64,000 nt of DNA from Octopus vulgaris (taxonomy: Eukaryota), in assembly GCA_951406725.2 (NCBI GenBank), contig OX597834.1, positions 31,310,001 through 31,374,000 of the forward strand, read 5' to 3'. The notes below the pieces were generated by a model that worked only from the letters and a program-made list of their open reading frames with translations, was not told the DNA's origin and did no database searches. The position numbers and the translations under genes were made by a program. Each line of letters starts with the position of its first letter. The first letter of the stretch is position 1. Shown here piece by piece: positions 24,294 to 37,252 of this stretch.

Positions 24294-26199
24294 CTGCAAA
24301 ACAGAGAAAACAATAGAAAACAATATGTGGCGTCCCCTAGTGATTCGTTAGGCGCGGGAGTGGCTGTGTGGTAAGTAGCTTGCTAACCAACCACATGGTT
24401 CCGGGTTCAGTCCCACCGCGTGGCATCTTTGGCAAGTGTCTTCTGCTTATAGCCCCAGGCCGACCAATGCCTTGTGAGTGGATTTGGTAGACGGAAACTG
24501 AAAGAAGCCCGTCGTATATATGTATATATATATATATATATGTGTGTTTGTGTGTCTGTGTTTGTCCCCCTAGCATTGCTTGACAACCGATGTTGGTGTG
24601 TTTACGTGCCCATCACTTAGCGGTTCGGCAAAAGAGACTGATAGAATAAGTACTGGGCTTACAAAGAATAAGTCCCGGGGTCGATTAGCTCGACTAAAGG
24701 TGGTGCTCCAGCATGGCCGCAGTCAAATGACTGAAACAAGTAAAAGAGTAAAAGAGAGTAACTATTTCTTCATTATATTTGGCAGGATTAGAAGTTTTAA
24801 TTTGAAATTGAGGAATAAAGAAGAAGGCGCATAAGGAGTTGTGTGTTTTGTAAGGGAAGCTGGTCATGAAGCATACATTTTAACAGATGTACTCGTAGCA
24901 GGGATGTTGGTGGAATCAGAGTCCCAAACAACTCTCCTCCTAGGAATTGAACCCAGAACCAGTGTGTGTATGTGAAAGTTATTGTACACATGGGAACAGG
25001 TTCTTGTCAGGGATTGTTGATGTCAGCAAGCAACTAATCTTTCAGATCCCTGATAAACACATTATGAACTTGTTATTTTCAGCATCTGGGAAAATTGCTG
25101 AAGCTGTTGTAAACCATTTGGGGCATAAACAACTTATTAGAATGCTATTAACAATTTTGTCTTTGGTGTGTTTTCTTTGATAGATCCTTTGGTTTATATA
25201 GATGGTTTTTCTCATATCTGACAAGCAGTTGTTATACAGCTAAGATTAATTGCTGCAGGAATGTATGCCCTACCCAACTGGTATTGCTATTCACAATCGT
25301 TGGAGTTGCACGCATCTTGCATGGAAACACATAAACAGACCCACTAAAAGTTGTGGTGCACCTGAGCACTGTATACAATAATTTCATTATTATTATTTTT
25401 TTTTTTTTTTAAATGTTTTTCTTTTCTCATTAATGACAACAGCTTTTTCTTACCAATTAATAAATATCTTTATATTTGGACTAGGTTTTTTTTTTCTCTT
25501 GTCAGCCAACTAAATATTTTGTGATGTACATACCCATGCTGATTTTCTTACATAGGAGAGTTCTATCAATGTTGCTGACTTCAACTGCTGTGCAGAATGA
25601 AGAATCTAATAGTATTAAATTCTTCATTCAGACCAGGAAAATCCATCAAAAATAAGTGCTTTAACCTGTTATGCTAAAATACACAACCTTTGTTTCAATT
25701 GATTTTAAAAATAGATGAGTATTGCATGTGTTTTCTTTTTTCATAACTGTATACCTAATTTTGCACTCTGCCTGTATATATATGTATACATGGAATGGAA
25801 GCACTCCGTCGGTTACGACGACGAGGGTTCTGGTTGATCCGAATCAACGGAACAGCCTGCTCGTGAAATTAATGTGTTAGTGGCTGAGCACTCCACAGAC
25901 ACGTGTACCCTTAACGTAGTTCTCGGGGATATTCAGCGTGACACAGAGAGTGACAAGGCCGGCCCTTTGAAATACAGGTACAACAGAAACAGGAAGTAAG
26001 AGTGAGAGAAAGTTGTGGTGAAAGAGTACAGCAGGGATCACCACCATCCCCTGCCGGAGCCTCGTGGAGCTTTTAGGTGTTTTCGCTCAATAAACACTCA
26101 CAACGCCCGGTCTGGCAATCGAAACCGCGATCCTATGACTGCGAGTCCGCTGCCCTAACCACTGGGCCATTGCGCCTCCACATATGTATACATACATAC

Positions 26200-27200
26200 A
26201 TATGCTGCTGACATCCTCTATGATGATGACCTTGCTCTAATTGCTGAGTCACTATCAGAACTAGAGGAGGAGTTTCAGGTGTGGAAGCAAGGATTAGAAT
26301 TGAAGGGCCTTAGAGTCAACCTAGCTAAAACCAAAGTCCTAATAAGTAGGAAGGCAGGCAAACTACAAATCCCTTCAGGTAGATGGCCCTGCTCGATCTG
26401 TAGAAAAGGCATGAGTAGAAACTCAGATGTACCCAGTGTAAGCTATGGACACATATGAGGTGCAGCAATATCAGAGGACAGTTAACTGGGAAGATAGTTT
26501 TTGTGTGTGGCAAATGCTCAGAAGCAATAAACACTGAAAATGTGCAGAGAACAACTTCCACCACATTCCAGGGAGAAAAACCAGAAGTAGTTGATAGCTT
26601 CTGTTACCTAGGTGATCAAGTCAGTAGCGGGGGTACAAACAGCCATGCTACATGGCAGTGAAACATGGGCTGTGACTGCTGAGGACATGCGTAAACTTGC
26701 AAGAAATGAAGCCAGTATACTCCGCTGGATGTGTAATGTCAGTATGCATACTCGACAGAGTGTAAGTACTTTGAGAGAAAAGTTGGACCTAAGAAGCACG
26801 TACAAGCTGATGGTTATGGAAATTTCCTTGTCTTTGTCATGCCCTCTTTGGCATCCCTTAGCACATGGCACCCCAGGCAACTGCCCAAATTGCCAGTACC
26901 TTGAGCCGGCCCTGATAGTAGAAGACACTTGGCCAAAGTGCAACATGGTGGGACTGAACCTGGAACAATGTTCTTACCATACAGCCAAGTCTACACCTAT
27001 ATGTATGTATGTATAAAACAGACAGATGGACAGCTGAATAAAGAAGTGCTGAGATCTAATTATGAAGGGTACCTGTGGAAGGGGTAGACCCAGGAAGACA
27101 TGGGACAAAACGGTGAGAAAGGATCTTTGGATGCTGGGCCTCACTGAGAAAATGACAAGGGACCAACAGATGTGGAGATTTGCTGTACCTGGATAAGACA
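26200..27200 (+). mobile_element. Fragmented RTE-like LINE remnant
   Basis: LYDDDLALIAESLSELEEEFQVWKQGLELKGLRVNLAKTK (RT YADD region); VDSFCYLGD; MLHGSETWAV...EASILRWMC; GRGRPRKTW. Confidence 0.8.
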
Positions 27201-28275
27201 TGTCAAGCTAAGTAAAACCGCTGTCTTCCACAGACACAGGCATGTCCTTTCAGGTGCTGGTGCCACTTAAAAAGCATCTGTACCGGTGCTGCGTGAATGC
27301 CCCCGTTCCAGTGGCGCATAAACGGCACCTGGCACTCTCTGTTAAGCGGTTGGCATTATGAAATGCATCCAGCTATGGAAACCATGCTTTAACAGACAGG
27401 AAAAGTATTAAAAAAAGTTGTTACAATATTTTGTGTAGAAATTTGACTAATTTACTGAACATAAACTTTAACAAAAAAAACAAACTTTTATGGACCACCA
27501 AGAGTGGAACCACTTAAGTAAAACATATGGGATGGTCACCACTGGTACGTCAATGATATGTCTACTGGAAAACAGGCTGAACTTTAGCTTAAATATCAAG
27601 GCGACAAACAAATCATATATTGTTACGAAACCAAATGACTGAACGTCTACGTGGTCAGTATAGACTGCTAGAAATAGCAGCCAAATTGCCATCGACTTAC
27701 TGTTTACTTTTGAAAGAAACACTGGAAGAATACATTGCATGATATAGTTGTGAATGAGAGAGAGAGAGAGAAGGGGGAAGACAGAAAGAAAGAAAGAGAA
27801 TGAAAGAAAGAAGGTGAAAAAAGTAAGAAAGAAAAAGAGGGAAATGGGGAGAGAAAAAGAGAGAAAGAAAAGGAAATGGGAAGAGAAATAGAGACAGACA
27901 GAAGGAAAACCAGGAAGAAAGAGAAAAAGACAAAAGTCTTTTGTGGGGTGTTTTGGGTAAGAGGGGAAGAGGTTGGCCCAAAAGGCAAGTATAAGTAATG
28001 AAATAACGTTTTCAAATTTTGACACAGAGCCAGCAGTTCTTGAAGGGATCGATTGAGCACTGGGGCCAACTGGTACTTAATTTATCGACCACACCCACTG
28101 CTCCTGAAAGGGTAAAAAATAAAGTCGACCTCAGCGGAATTTGAACTCAGAACATCAAGCCAGACGAAATGCCGCGACGCATTTTGTCTGGCGTGCTAAC
28201 GGTTCTGCCAGATGGCCGCCCTAGGATGCAACGAAATAATCACAGGAAACGGATTTTTTTTTGTCGCTTTTGTAC

Positions 28276-28444
28276 CTGAACTCCTTTCGTATTCGCGACA
28301 TTCTTTTTCAGTACAGATCCGCCAAAGGCCTTCACTTCCGTCCTGATATTTGTACCAATACGGAAGAGACACTGATAATAGATGAAACACTGTGATAGTT
28401 ATACAGAGGATGACAAGTACATCGGATTTTCGGTTACGTTCCAT
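28276..28444 (-). CDS. Claudin/PMP22-like gene A, exon 1
   Basis: ATG at 28444, hydrophobic TM1, then PYW-x8-GLWRICTEKEC (W-GLW-C-C signature); 169 nt, G|GTACA donor. Confidence 0.88.
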
Positions 28445-28999
28445 AATTTTGAAAGTCTTTTTGGAGGGAGTTATGGGGTTCTTCTGAGTGTTTTTACTGG
28501 TTGAGGCTTCAAGCTTTTGGTGTGAAAGCTTGGAAAGAAATTGGAAGTTTTCAAGGCTTCGAAAGTTTTAATCTTTTGAACGCCGTTCTTCTTGGATCGC
28601 TTGAACACACGTGGCATTGATGATACTCGTGTGTGTGAGTGTAAACATATACTTACAAATATACACATACACATACCTTTATATACATATGTACATATAC
28701 ATAAACTTATATTTATACATGCCTATGTTCGTACATAAATACGTACGCATACATACATGTATACACACACACGCACATACATACGTAGATATACATGCCC
28801 ACATACATTCTTATACACATATACATAAATACCTAAACGTGTATACAATACACGCTTACATACACACATGCATTCTTACGGTTTATGCATAAACGGTAAA
28901 TTGGAAGGTTCAGTCGAACAAATATTTATATTGATAAAATTTAGGTCAATATACAGTTTGAGACTGGTTAATGAAAACAAAAAAGAAAAACAGCGTATT

Positions 29000-29392
29000 T
29001 TTATATATAAAAGTCAAGTTGTGTGTCTGTCTCCTACGATTTAGATTCCTAACTATTCCCACATTTTGCAGTGCAGTTTAACCAAAACCGGGTATCTTAT
29101 AGTCGTGATTCATATCGAGCCCTTCTGGGTATTAGCGCGTCTACGATGAGTCTGCGATTTAAAAAAAAAATTACCATAATTTTTCCCCATTTTTAATGCA
29201 TTTTTTTGCTATTATATAAGGGAAGTAACTCTCTAAAAATGTATTATTAAATCTCAGAACGTAAAAAGCTATAGTAACACCCCCCCTTTGTGGTTAGCCA
29301 TATTAAGACGTCTATTATACTTTACATCTCTAAAAATGCTTATATAGTTATTTCCCTTACAAACCCGAGCAATGCCGGGCGATACTGCTAGT
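29000..29392 (+). mobile_element. Non-autonomous Helitron-like element (related copies at about 54805-55180 and, partial, 44780-45015 on -)
   Basis: 3' GC hairpin cccgagcaatgccggg followed by terminal CTAGT; 3' end shared with the 55180 copy. Confidence 0.65.
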
Positions 29393-29456
29393 TAGGTATA
29401 AAAGAATATGTAGAAAACGAATATGGAAATAATTGCACAAACGAACGGGGGGAGGG

Positions 29457-29944
29457 TCCCACGAGGTTTCCAGACCCCAGCAATGAACTCATTTGCATAC
29501 AGCCAATCAGAGCTCACCTTGACCATGTCGAGTTAACAAACACACTCTACCAAGTAAATTCAAGACGAAGAACGTGTTTTAAGTCGACCAATCGCCAAGT
29601 TATGCCCGATTTTAGAATTTAGGAGACAAGTAATTAGATAGATTTGCATCTATACGTATTATTGGATCTTGTTAGGGCCCCATACGATTAAGATGAGGAT
29701 GGAAAAAGACGTGGGTAGAAGGTGATGTGCTAGCAACCTTCTCCCCTACGCAGAGGCAGCCATGGTTGAAACAAGAACAAGAACAACAAGCATTATTAAA
29801 AGGGAAAAGAAGCATGGTCATTCCTTACCCGAGTGACCTTATCGCCCATCACTTGTTAAGCACTCATAAATTAGTTTGATGATTGAGCTCTGATTGGCTG
29901 TATGCAAATGAGTTCATAACTGGCGTCGGGAACTCCCGTGGGGG
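29457..29944. mobile_element. Unclassified inverted-repeat element carrying octamer and CCAAT motifs
   Basis: Perfect 34-bp inverted repeat 29483-29516 / 29884-29917, with imperfect outward extension. Confidence 0.6.
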
Positions 29945-30002
29945 AAAAATAAATTCGCGAGGGAAGGGAATTTCAGAAAATTCACAAGATCAGGAAAATT
30001 GG

Positions 30003-30418
30003 GGCAATCTTTCGTCTCTAGTAGACCTTTCCGTCGATTTCCGTAATTTTTTTTTTTTTTTACATATGGGCTTGCGGGAACTTTTGAAGTAATGAGAGCG
30101 AAAGAGACTAAGAGAAAGCGATTGTATGACGAGGGAAGTTCTTTTGAAGTTACCGTGCATGTGAAGCATTGATGGACATGTGTGTGTGTTTGATGGGGTG
30201 TGGGAGACAGACAGTATGTTGTGTAAGTGAAGTGCTTCTGTTAGTGTGTGTGAAGAGACAGAGTAATGTGTGAAAGAAAGAGATAACTGAAATTTTTTAC
30301 TCGGTGTATGTGTATATGTATGTATATTACTTCAAAAGTTCCCGCAAGCCCATATGTAAAAAAAAGAAATTTTTTTACGGAAATCGACGGAAAGGTCTAC
30401 TAGAGACGAAAGATCGCC
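30003..30418. mobile_element. Merlin-type MITE with about 90-bp TIRs and 8-bp TSD
   Basis: GGCAATC.../...GATCGCC termini; AAAATTGG duplicated at 29995-30002 and 30419-30426. Confidence 0.85.
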
Positions 30419-30639
30419 AAAATTGGATATATATATTGATGAAATTTTATGGAAATACCGTTCAAATGGCACAATTTACGATTATAAAGAATTTCAGGGA
30501 AAATGTTTTCCGAAGGAGTGGAGTGTCCGAAAATACTCACGATCCGTTTTTTTTCCCTCATAACTTTCAGGAGAATGCATATCTTTTATTGAAATTTTAC
30601 AGAAACACCTTTCAAACAGCATAGATTACGACTATACGT

Positions 30640-30950
30640 GTGACATAAAGGCAGTGTTGGCGAAATGGCAGTATGTTTCTGAATTTGTAGCATAATATCC
30701 TCTTGTAAACGTCTGTACAGGTCGTGCAACTGCTTTGTTCAATGACACTGCTCTGGCGCATTTTCGTAACATTTTGAAAGGCAGGATAAAGCAAACTTCT
30801 CTTGATACGTTTCTAATGAAACGACCTGCAAGTATAATAAGTGAAGAAGGTGTGTCCAAAAAGCCTAAATTAAGCCAAGTGAGAGAGAAGAAGCCAGGAA
30901 TTGTTCTTCCTGAAGTCTTAGTGGAAGGAGATCCTCCTTCCAAACAGTAA
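30640..30950 (+). mobile_element. Tigger/pogo transposase C-terminal remnant
   Basis: FNDTALAHFRNILKGRIKQTSLDTFL...EVLVEGDPPSKQ*, resembling Tigger-type C-termini. Confidence 0.6.
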
Positions 30951-31696
30951 TCCTCCTCCTCCTCCTCCTGCCCCATCGTCTTCCTCGTGCACAAATCGTC
31001 CCAGCTTTAAAGTAACTCAATCAATACGAAATACCTATTTCTTTATTACCCACAAGGGGCTAAACATAGAGGGGACAAACAAGGACAGGCATAGGTATTA
31101 AGTCGATTACATCGACCCCAGTGCGTAACTGGTGCTTAATTTATCGACCCCGAAAGGATGAAAGGCAAAGTCGACCTCGGCGGAATTTGAACTGAGAACG
31201 TAACGGCAGACGAAATACCTATTTCTTTATTACCCACAAGGGGCTAAACATAGAGGGGACAAACAAGGACAGACATAGGTATTAAGCCGAGTACATCGAG
31301 CCCAGTGCGTAACTGGTACTTAATTTATCGACCCCGAAAGGATGAAAGGCAAAGTCGACCTCGGCGGAATTTGAACTCACAACGTAACGACAAACGAAAT
31401 ACCGCTAAGCATTTCGCCCGACGTGCTAACGTTTCTGCCAGCTCGCCGCTTTGTCTATTACATAATATTAACACACAATACAAGTTTACTGACGATAAAT
31501 TAAATTTTTTTTTAAATTTTAATAGCTGCAATTTGGTATTTCGTCTGCCGCTACGTTCTGACGTTCAAATTCCGCCGAGGTCGACTTTGCCTTTCATCCT
31601 TTTAGGGAGTCGATTAAATAAGTACCAGTTACGCACTGGGGTCGATATAATCGATCTTAATCCGTTTGTCTGTCCTTGTTTGTTCTCTCTGTTTGA

Positions 31697-31905
31697 CAGA
31701 CAATGGCATCACCATGCTTTCTTTCCCACCTCACTGCACACACAGTTTACAGCCGATGGTCAAAGCGGTCTATGGACCACTGAAGAAGTACAGAAGCACT
31801 GCCATTGATGACTGGCATATCAACCATCCTGGCCAGACCATGGCCACTTATGACATTCCGTGTATTGTCAAAACTGCATGGCCATTGACTGCTATACATT
31901 ATTAA
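31697..31905 (+). mobile_element. pogo-like DDE_1 transposase remnant
   Basis: DNGITMLSFPPHCTHSLQPM..VYGPLK matches the DDE_1 PPHxTHxLQPxD motif. Confidence 0.7.
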
Positions 31906-32724
31906 AGTCTATAGTATTTATGCTGCACTTTTATTAATGATATATTAAAACAAATAATTCGTGGCCGCCCACAGCAGACCGCCCTCGCCGCCTCTCTCTT
32001 GGTACGCCACTGGTACGTTTTAATGTATAGATGTGATACATATATTTGTTGGTATTTTGACATTTTTAGCATGCATCCTTATCACTAAATACAGTTTTCA
32101 TTCTTGTACAGGTCATTGCTTATTTATTCTGTTCTTGTTTGATCTCTCACCTTTATACTTCAGAATTAAAGTTGTTCCCTTCAAATCTTGAGATCTGTCT
32201 TTACAGCATTTGTTTTACTGTTAAGTAGCATCCCACTTCTAATATATGCAGTCTATTTCTGAAATTTCACATTGTGACTAATTCAAGTTTTACATTATTA
32301 TTCAATTTTAGATATTAAATAGGTTATATTAGTTAGATCCTAGCTTTTTACACATGTATATAAAAGTGATTGCTTTTTAAATTTTTTTTAAAAAATACCC
32401 TGTTATAACAGGTTAAATGACTAAAATTTGCTACTGTAGTGAAAGCAAAGTCTAAAATTATTTACTCACTGACAATAATGTTAAATGTAAATATATGCAC
32501 GCTTTAAGATGGATATAGTATGTGCACGTGCGCACAAACATATCAATTACTTGTATACACACCTGTGTGTGTGTGTGTGTGTTTTAACGTCGTGTCGAGC
32601 AAACCAGAGGAACGGCGTTCAAAAGATTGAAACATTCAAGCAAAAAAACAACAACAAAAAAAACCCACATTTCGGAGCATCAGAGACAAGTGAGAAAGCA
32701 AAAACTAAAGGGACATTAAAAATA

Positions 32725-32893
32725 ATGGGAAACAGTTTAAAATCCAGTATCGTGGTCTTCTCCGCCCTTCTCGCTGTCCTGTTACAAATTATCTCAATAA
32801 TAATACCGTACTGGGACAAGATGGACAATTCTTACGGAGGACTCTGGATTTCTTGTGATGAAAATGAATGTCATAGTAATGTCAGAGGCAAAG
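32725..32893 (+). CDS. Claudin/PMP22-like gene B, exon 1
   Basis: MGNSLKSSIVVFSALLAVLLQIISIIIPYWDKMDNSYGGLWISCDENEC; 169 nt as in gene A; G|GTAAA donor. Confidence 0.88.
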
Positions 32894-33068
32894 GTAAAAA
32901 CAACACGAAACAACAAATTCTCTTATTCCTAATTCATTGTGTTACATTGTTGTTCAGCGAGAGATCGAACACTTGATCCAGCCGTGACTATCTCCGTCTA
33001 TTTAAACTATTTGTTTGGTTTTTTAAAGATGTTCATCTACAACTATAATCATTTGATTTTTCGTACAT

Positions 33069-33393
33069 TTACTTGTGTAGGTTGAACTCTGTGAACTGTT
33101 AGAGAAAGGGACTTCGGTGTTTCTTGTTATAAATACCAATACGAGATACATCTAAAGCAACATTTTTTTCAGGGGCCCTTAAAATACTATTGTAGATCCC
33201 CAATTTACTATTTCGTTGCATGGATCCCCTAAAATCTTATATGGGCCCTGATTGAAAACCACTAGTCTAGATGGTCAGTATTGACCTGCTAAAAATAACA
33301 GCCAAATTTCCTGTGAATCACACCCAATTTAAAGAGAGAGAGAGAGAAAGAGAAAGACGAAGGTCATATCAAATGATTATAGTTATGACCTTC

Positions 33394-33469
<76 letters not shown>

Positions 33470-33955
33470 AACCCTTTTGAAACCAAACCCGGCTGAAACC
33501 GCCTCTGGCTCTGAGTACAAATGTCTTATTTTCATAAGTTCTGAATTAAAATCTTCCACCAAACCTTAGTCACAATTTATGTTCCTATCACCAGCTGAAA
33601 AATAACTAAGTTATTTTACTAAATTCTTTGTTATATTCAAAGTAATTGAAAGAAACACAGAGCATCTCAAAATAAATATAGTAACGAAAGGGTGAAATTG
33701 GGTGTGATTCACTGGAAATTTGGCTGTTATTTTTAGCAGGGCAGTACCGACTATATAGACTACTGGTTCGTAATCAGGACCCATATAAGATTTTAGGGGA
33801 TCCATGTAACGAAATAGTAAATTGGGGATCTACAATAGTATTTTAAGGGCCCCTGAAAAAATGTTGCTTTAGATGTATCTCGCATTGGTATTAATTCCAA
33901 GAAGCAACGAAGTCCCTTTCTCTAACATTTCACAGAGTTCAACCTACACAAGTAA
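33069..33955. repeat. Long inverted repeat (arms about 33069-33330 and 33695-33955) in gene B intron 1
   Basis: The arms align as reverse complements with scattered mismatches; the spacer contains (TC)n and a MITE. Confidence 0.9.
33468..33696. mobile_element. piggyBac-like MITE (other TTAA-CCC elements at about 11057-11275, 53132-53344, 58461-58688)
   Basis: TTAACCCTTT...AAAGGGT(G/T)AA termini. Confidence 0.65.
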
Positions 33956-36118
33956 TTAGGGGAAAACAAAATAAGGGATTTTGAAAGAAGTTTCTATAAA
34001 ACTGGCAATGAGGGTCCACTGGAATAAAATAGTAATCGAAGGAGTCCATAGATAAGAAAATGGTTGGGAGTTCCTGCTCTAGACAGACGTTACTTTGATG
34101 TGTTGTTGTTGTTCGTGGTGGTGGTGAGTTACGAATCGGTCCTCTTCCAGCAGATCTAAAATCAAAGACATTCCACTTGTGACCATCACATATCGTTGTT
34201 TTGATATCAACGTAGTATTGTTTGAATTGTCGTTGGGCTACAGACCAGCAGTTTCCCGGCTGATCAAGACATTCCATTTATGACCATCCCATTTCATTGA
34301 TTTGATATCAATGAGTTGTTGTTGTTGGTGGTGATGGTAGTAGTAGTAGTAGTAGTGATCAAAGACATTCCAGTTGTGACCATCCTATATGTTTCAAGTG
34401 TAATTTACATAATGTGTACCTTTTTAAGTGTAATTTACATAATGTGTACCTTATATAGGGAGCATTGTTTCTCTCATTTGACTGCGGCCATGCTGGAGCA
34501 CCACCTTTAGTCGAATAAATTGACCCCAAAATTTGCCAAATGTTTTGAAGCTTATCACAGATACTCCAGCTGGTCCCTTATGTGCAGGGAAGTCTTTCTT
34601 ACTATCAGCAACATAGAATCCAGGGTGCTTGATGTCATTGAACTGTATGAGTTGTGGACCATCTCAGGGACAAATTGACAGGTGGCTCTCATTCTCATTG
34701 ATGGTTAGCTTTTATTGTTTATTTGTTTCACTCATTAGACTGTGGCCATCCTGGGGCACCACCTTGAAGATTTTGGTTGGATTTATATCTGATACTGGCT
34801 TAGACAATCTCATCTGAGATATCATAGTCCAGCAGGAAATATAACATGGCCCTTTAGTTGACAAGAATGAATGTCTTGAAGAAATCCTTTTGTACACTAG
34901 GCACAATGCCCAAAATTTGGGGGGAGGGGCCAGTCGATTAGATCGACCCCAGAATGCAACTGGTACTTAATTTACTGACCCCGAAGGGATGAAAGGCAAA
35001 GTTGACCTCAGTGGAATTTGAACTCAGAACGTAAAGACAGATGAAGTACCATAAAGCATTTTGCCCAATGTGCTAACGTTTCTGCCAGCTCACTGCTTAA
35101 TGTCTTGAAAATATCCATAAATACAATGATGCCTTTTTGTGGAGAGATTCCGGGCACTTTTCTGATTCTTCTTAGGGTGAGCATCTGCAACAGTACTGAG
35201 CAGTGTTTGTGGAAGCAATTTTGCTCTTGTCATAAGATGAATTTAATGGGACAAAAATTATATCATCCAATTATCCAATTACCTATATTTATATAATATG
35301 GGGGTCATCATGTAGTTCCCTTATAGCAAGACACCTGTAGCTGTCCCTGGGTTATACTCTAGACCCTCAACACCTGGCATAAAGACACTTCTGAAATAGA
35401 TCGCCACACTACTAACAAAAAATAATGAATAGTACATACCAAAATTGAAAACAAATTCATATATAAGCAACTTAAACTAAATGTTTTAGTCTTAAAAGTT
35501 GAAATTTGCTTTTTGAATTCATCTTGGTGTTAAGAAAGGTATCCAATCATAGGAATTGTACCAAAGGAGACTCTGGAGCACAGTCGTTGGACTTAAAGGA
35601 TCCTGTAAACCGATCAATGCCAGAATGGAACATGGACATTAAATGGTAATAATGATTATGATGAAAAGCATCTGGAACACTCTTTAAAGCGGTGGGCATT
35701 TGGAAGGGTATCCAGCCATAGAAAGCATGTCATAACGGACAGACACTGGAGCATGATGTGGCCCATAGACCCATCAGATCATGTCAAACTGTCTGGTCCA
35801 TGCCAGCATGAAACAGCACGGACATTCATTGATGATGATGATGATGATGATGGCAGATGAGTGATGATGTGGCAGTAGTGATGGTGGGGTTGTTGGTGGT
35901 GATGACAAAAATGATGAAGATGACAATGATGATGTTGCTGCTGCTGCATCTGCTGGTGTTGGTAGTGATGACGACAAAGATGAGGAGGATACGAAGGTGA
36001 TAATGATGATGATTAAATTTAAATTGATGATGATGAAATTGATGATGATGATGATGATGATAAAAATTCATGATGATGATGATAATGAGAATGTATTATC
36101 TTCTTTTTTTTTCCCTAG

Positions 36119-36262
36119 CTTATATGAAACTTTTCCAGGTTTTGGAAGTCATTGGTTTGTTCCTGGCAGCCATTGCTTGTGCCGTTTTGTCCTTGGGTAG
36201 TTACCACTTTATTTCAATAGATAAATTGATTTTAGTCCTTGTAACTCTTTTCATTTTGGCAG
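36119..36262 (+). CDS. Claudin/PMP22-like gene B, exon 2
   Basis: Polypyrimidine tract and TAG acceptor, GTAAGT donor, 144 nt, (A)YMKLFQVLEVIGLFLAAIAC...LFILA. Confidence 0.88.
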
Positions 36263-37220
36263 GTAAGTCGAGTCAATTACACAGGTGTCCACAAAGTCAT
36301 TAGACAAATAGAAAAACATTATGAAAATTACAACATCAATTGCGGTCATAAACATATAACATTAATAAAACTATTGCCACGTGGAAGGTGTTAATAAGAC
36401 ATTAAAAACACACGCACAAAAAGAAAAAAAAACTGTAAGATTCGCTTCAACATTTATATTCAATTTGTATCAAAATATTTTTGTTGCTTTGAAACCACTG
36501 ACAAAATTTCGTGCTGCATCATTTTTAAATGGCTTATAAACACCTTCCACGCTGCAATTGTTTTTGTTTCATCACACAATCTCAGATCAAGTCACTTGCT
36601 ATGCAAGTATATCTCCATAATTAATAAAACTATTAAAATTAAAATTATTAAAAAAACCTTAATAATGACATATTAATATGCACAAAAGTTTAGATGTCAC
36701 ATCTAAATTTTTTGTAATGACTTTTTGAAATTGTCTGAGGATTTTGTGGACTCCCTGTATATACATACAAAAGATACATATGTACAGAATACGTCCATAT
36801 CTGTAGATGCAGGCACGGCTGTGTGGTAAGAAGCTTGCAGTAAAGCGGCGAGCTGGCAGAAACGTTTGCAAGCCGGGCGAAATGCTTTGTGGTATTTCGT
36901 CCGCCGCTGCGTTCTGAGTTCAAATTCCGCCAAGGTCGACTTTGCCTTTCATCCTTTCGGGGTCGATAAATTAAGTACCAGTTACGCACTGGGGTCGATG
37001 TAATCGACTTAATCCCTTCGTCTGTCCTTGTTTGTCCCCTCTATGTTTAGCCCCTTGTGGGCAATAAAGAAATAAGAAGCTTGCTTGCTTCTCAGCCACG
37101 TGGCGTTTGTTCTTGTGTCATTGCATGGCACCTTGGGCGAGTATTTTCTACTATAGCCTTGGGGGCTGGCCAAAGCCCTGTGAGTGGATTTGATAGATGG
37201 AAACTGAAAGAAGCCTATCA

Positions 37221-37252
<32 letters not shown>

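Noticed and set aside
27468-28069. Hydrophobic F/L/S-rich ORFs (also 46509-47051) resembling membrane proteins
   Set aside because: Translations of pyrimidine-rich low-complexity intron sequence.
32509-32724. In-frame upstream ATG giving gene B a 72-aa N-terminal extension
   Set aside because: It runs through a (TG)n microsatellite. The homologous region of gene A has a stop before its ATG, and exon 1 length matches gene A only from ATG 32725.
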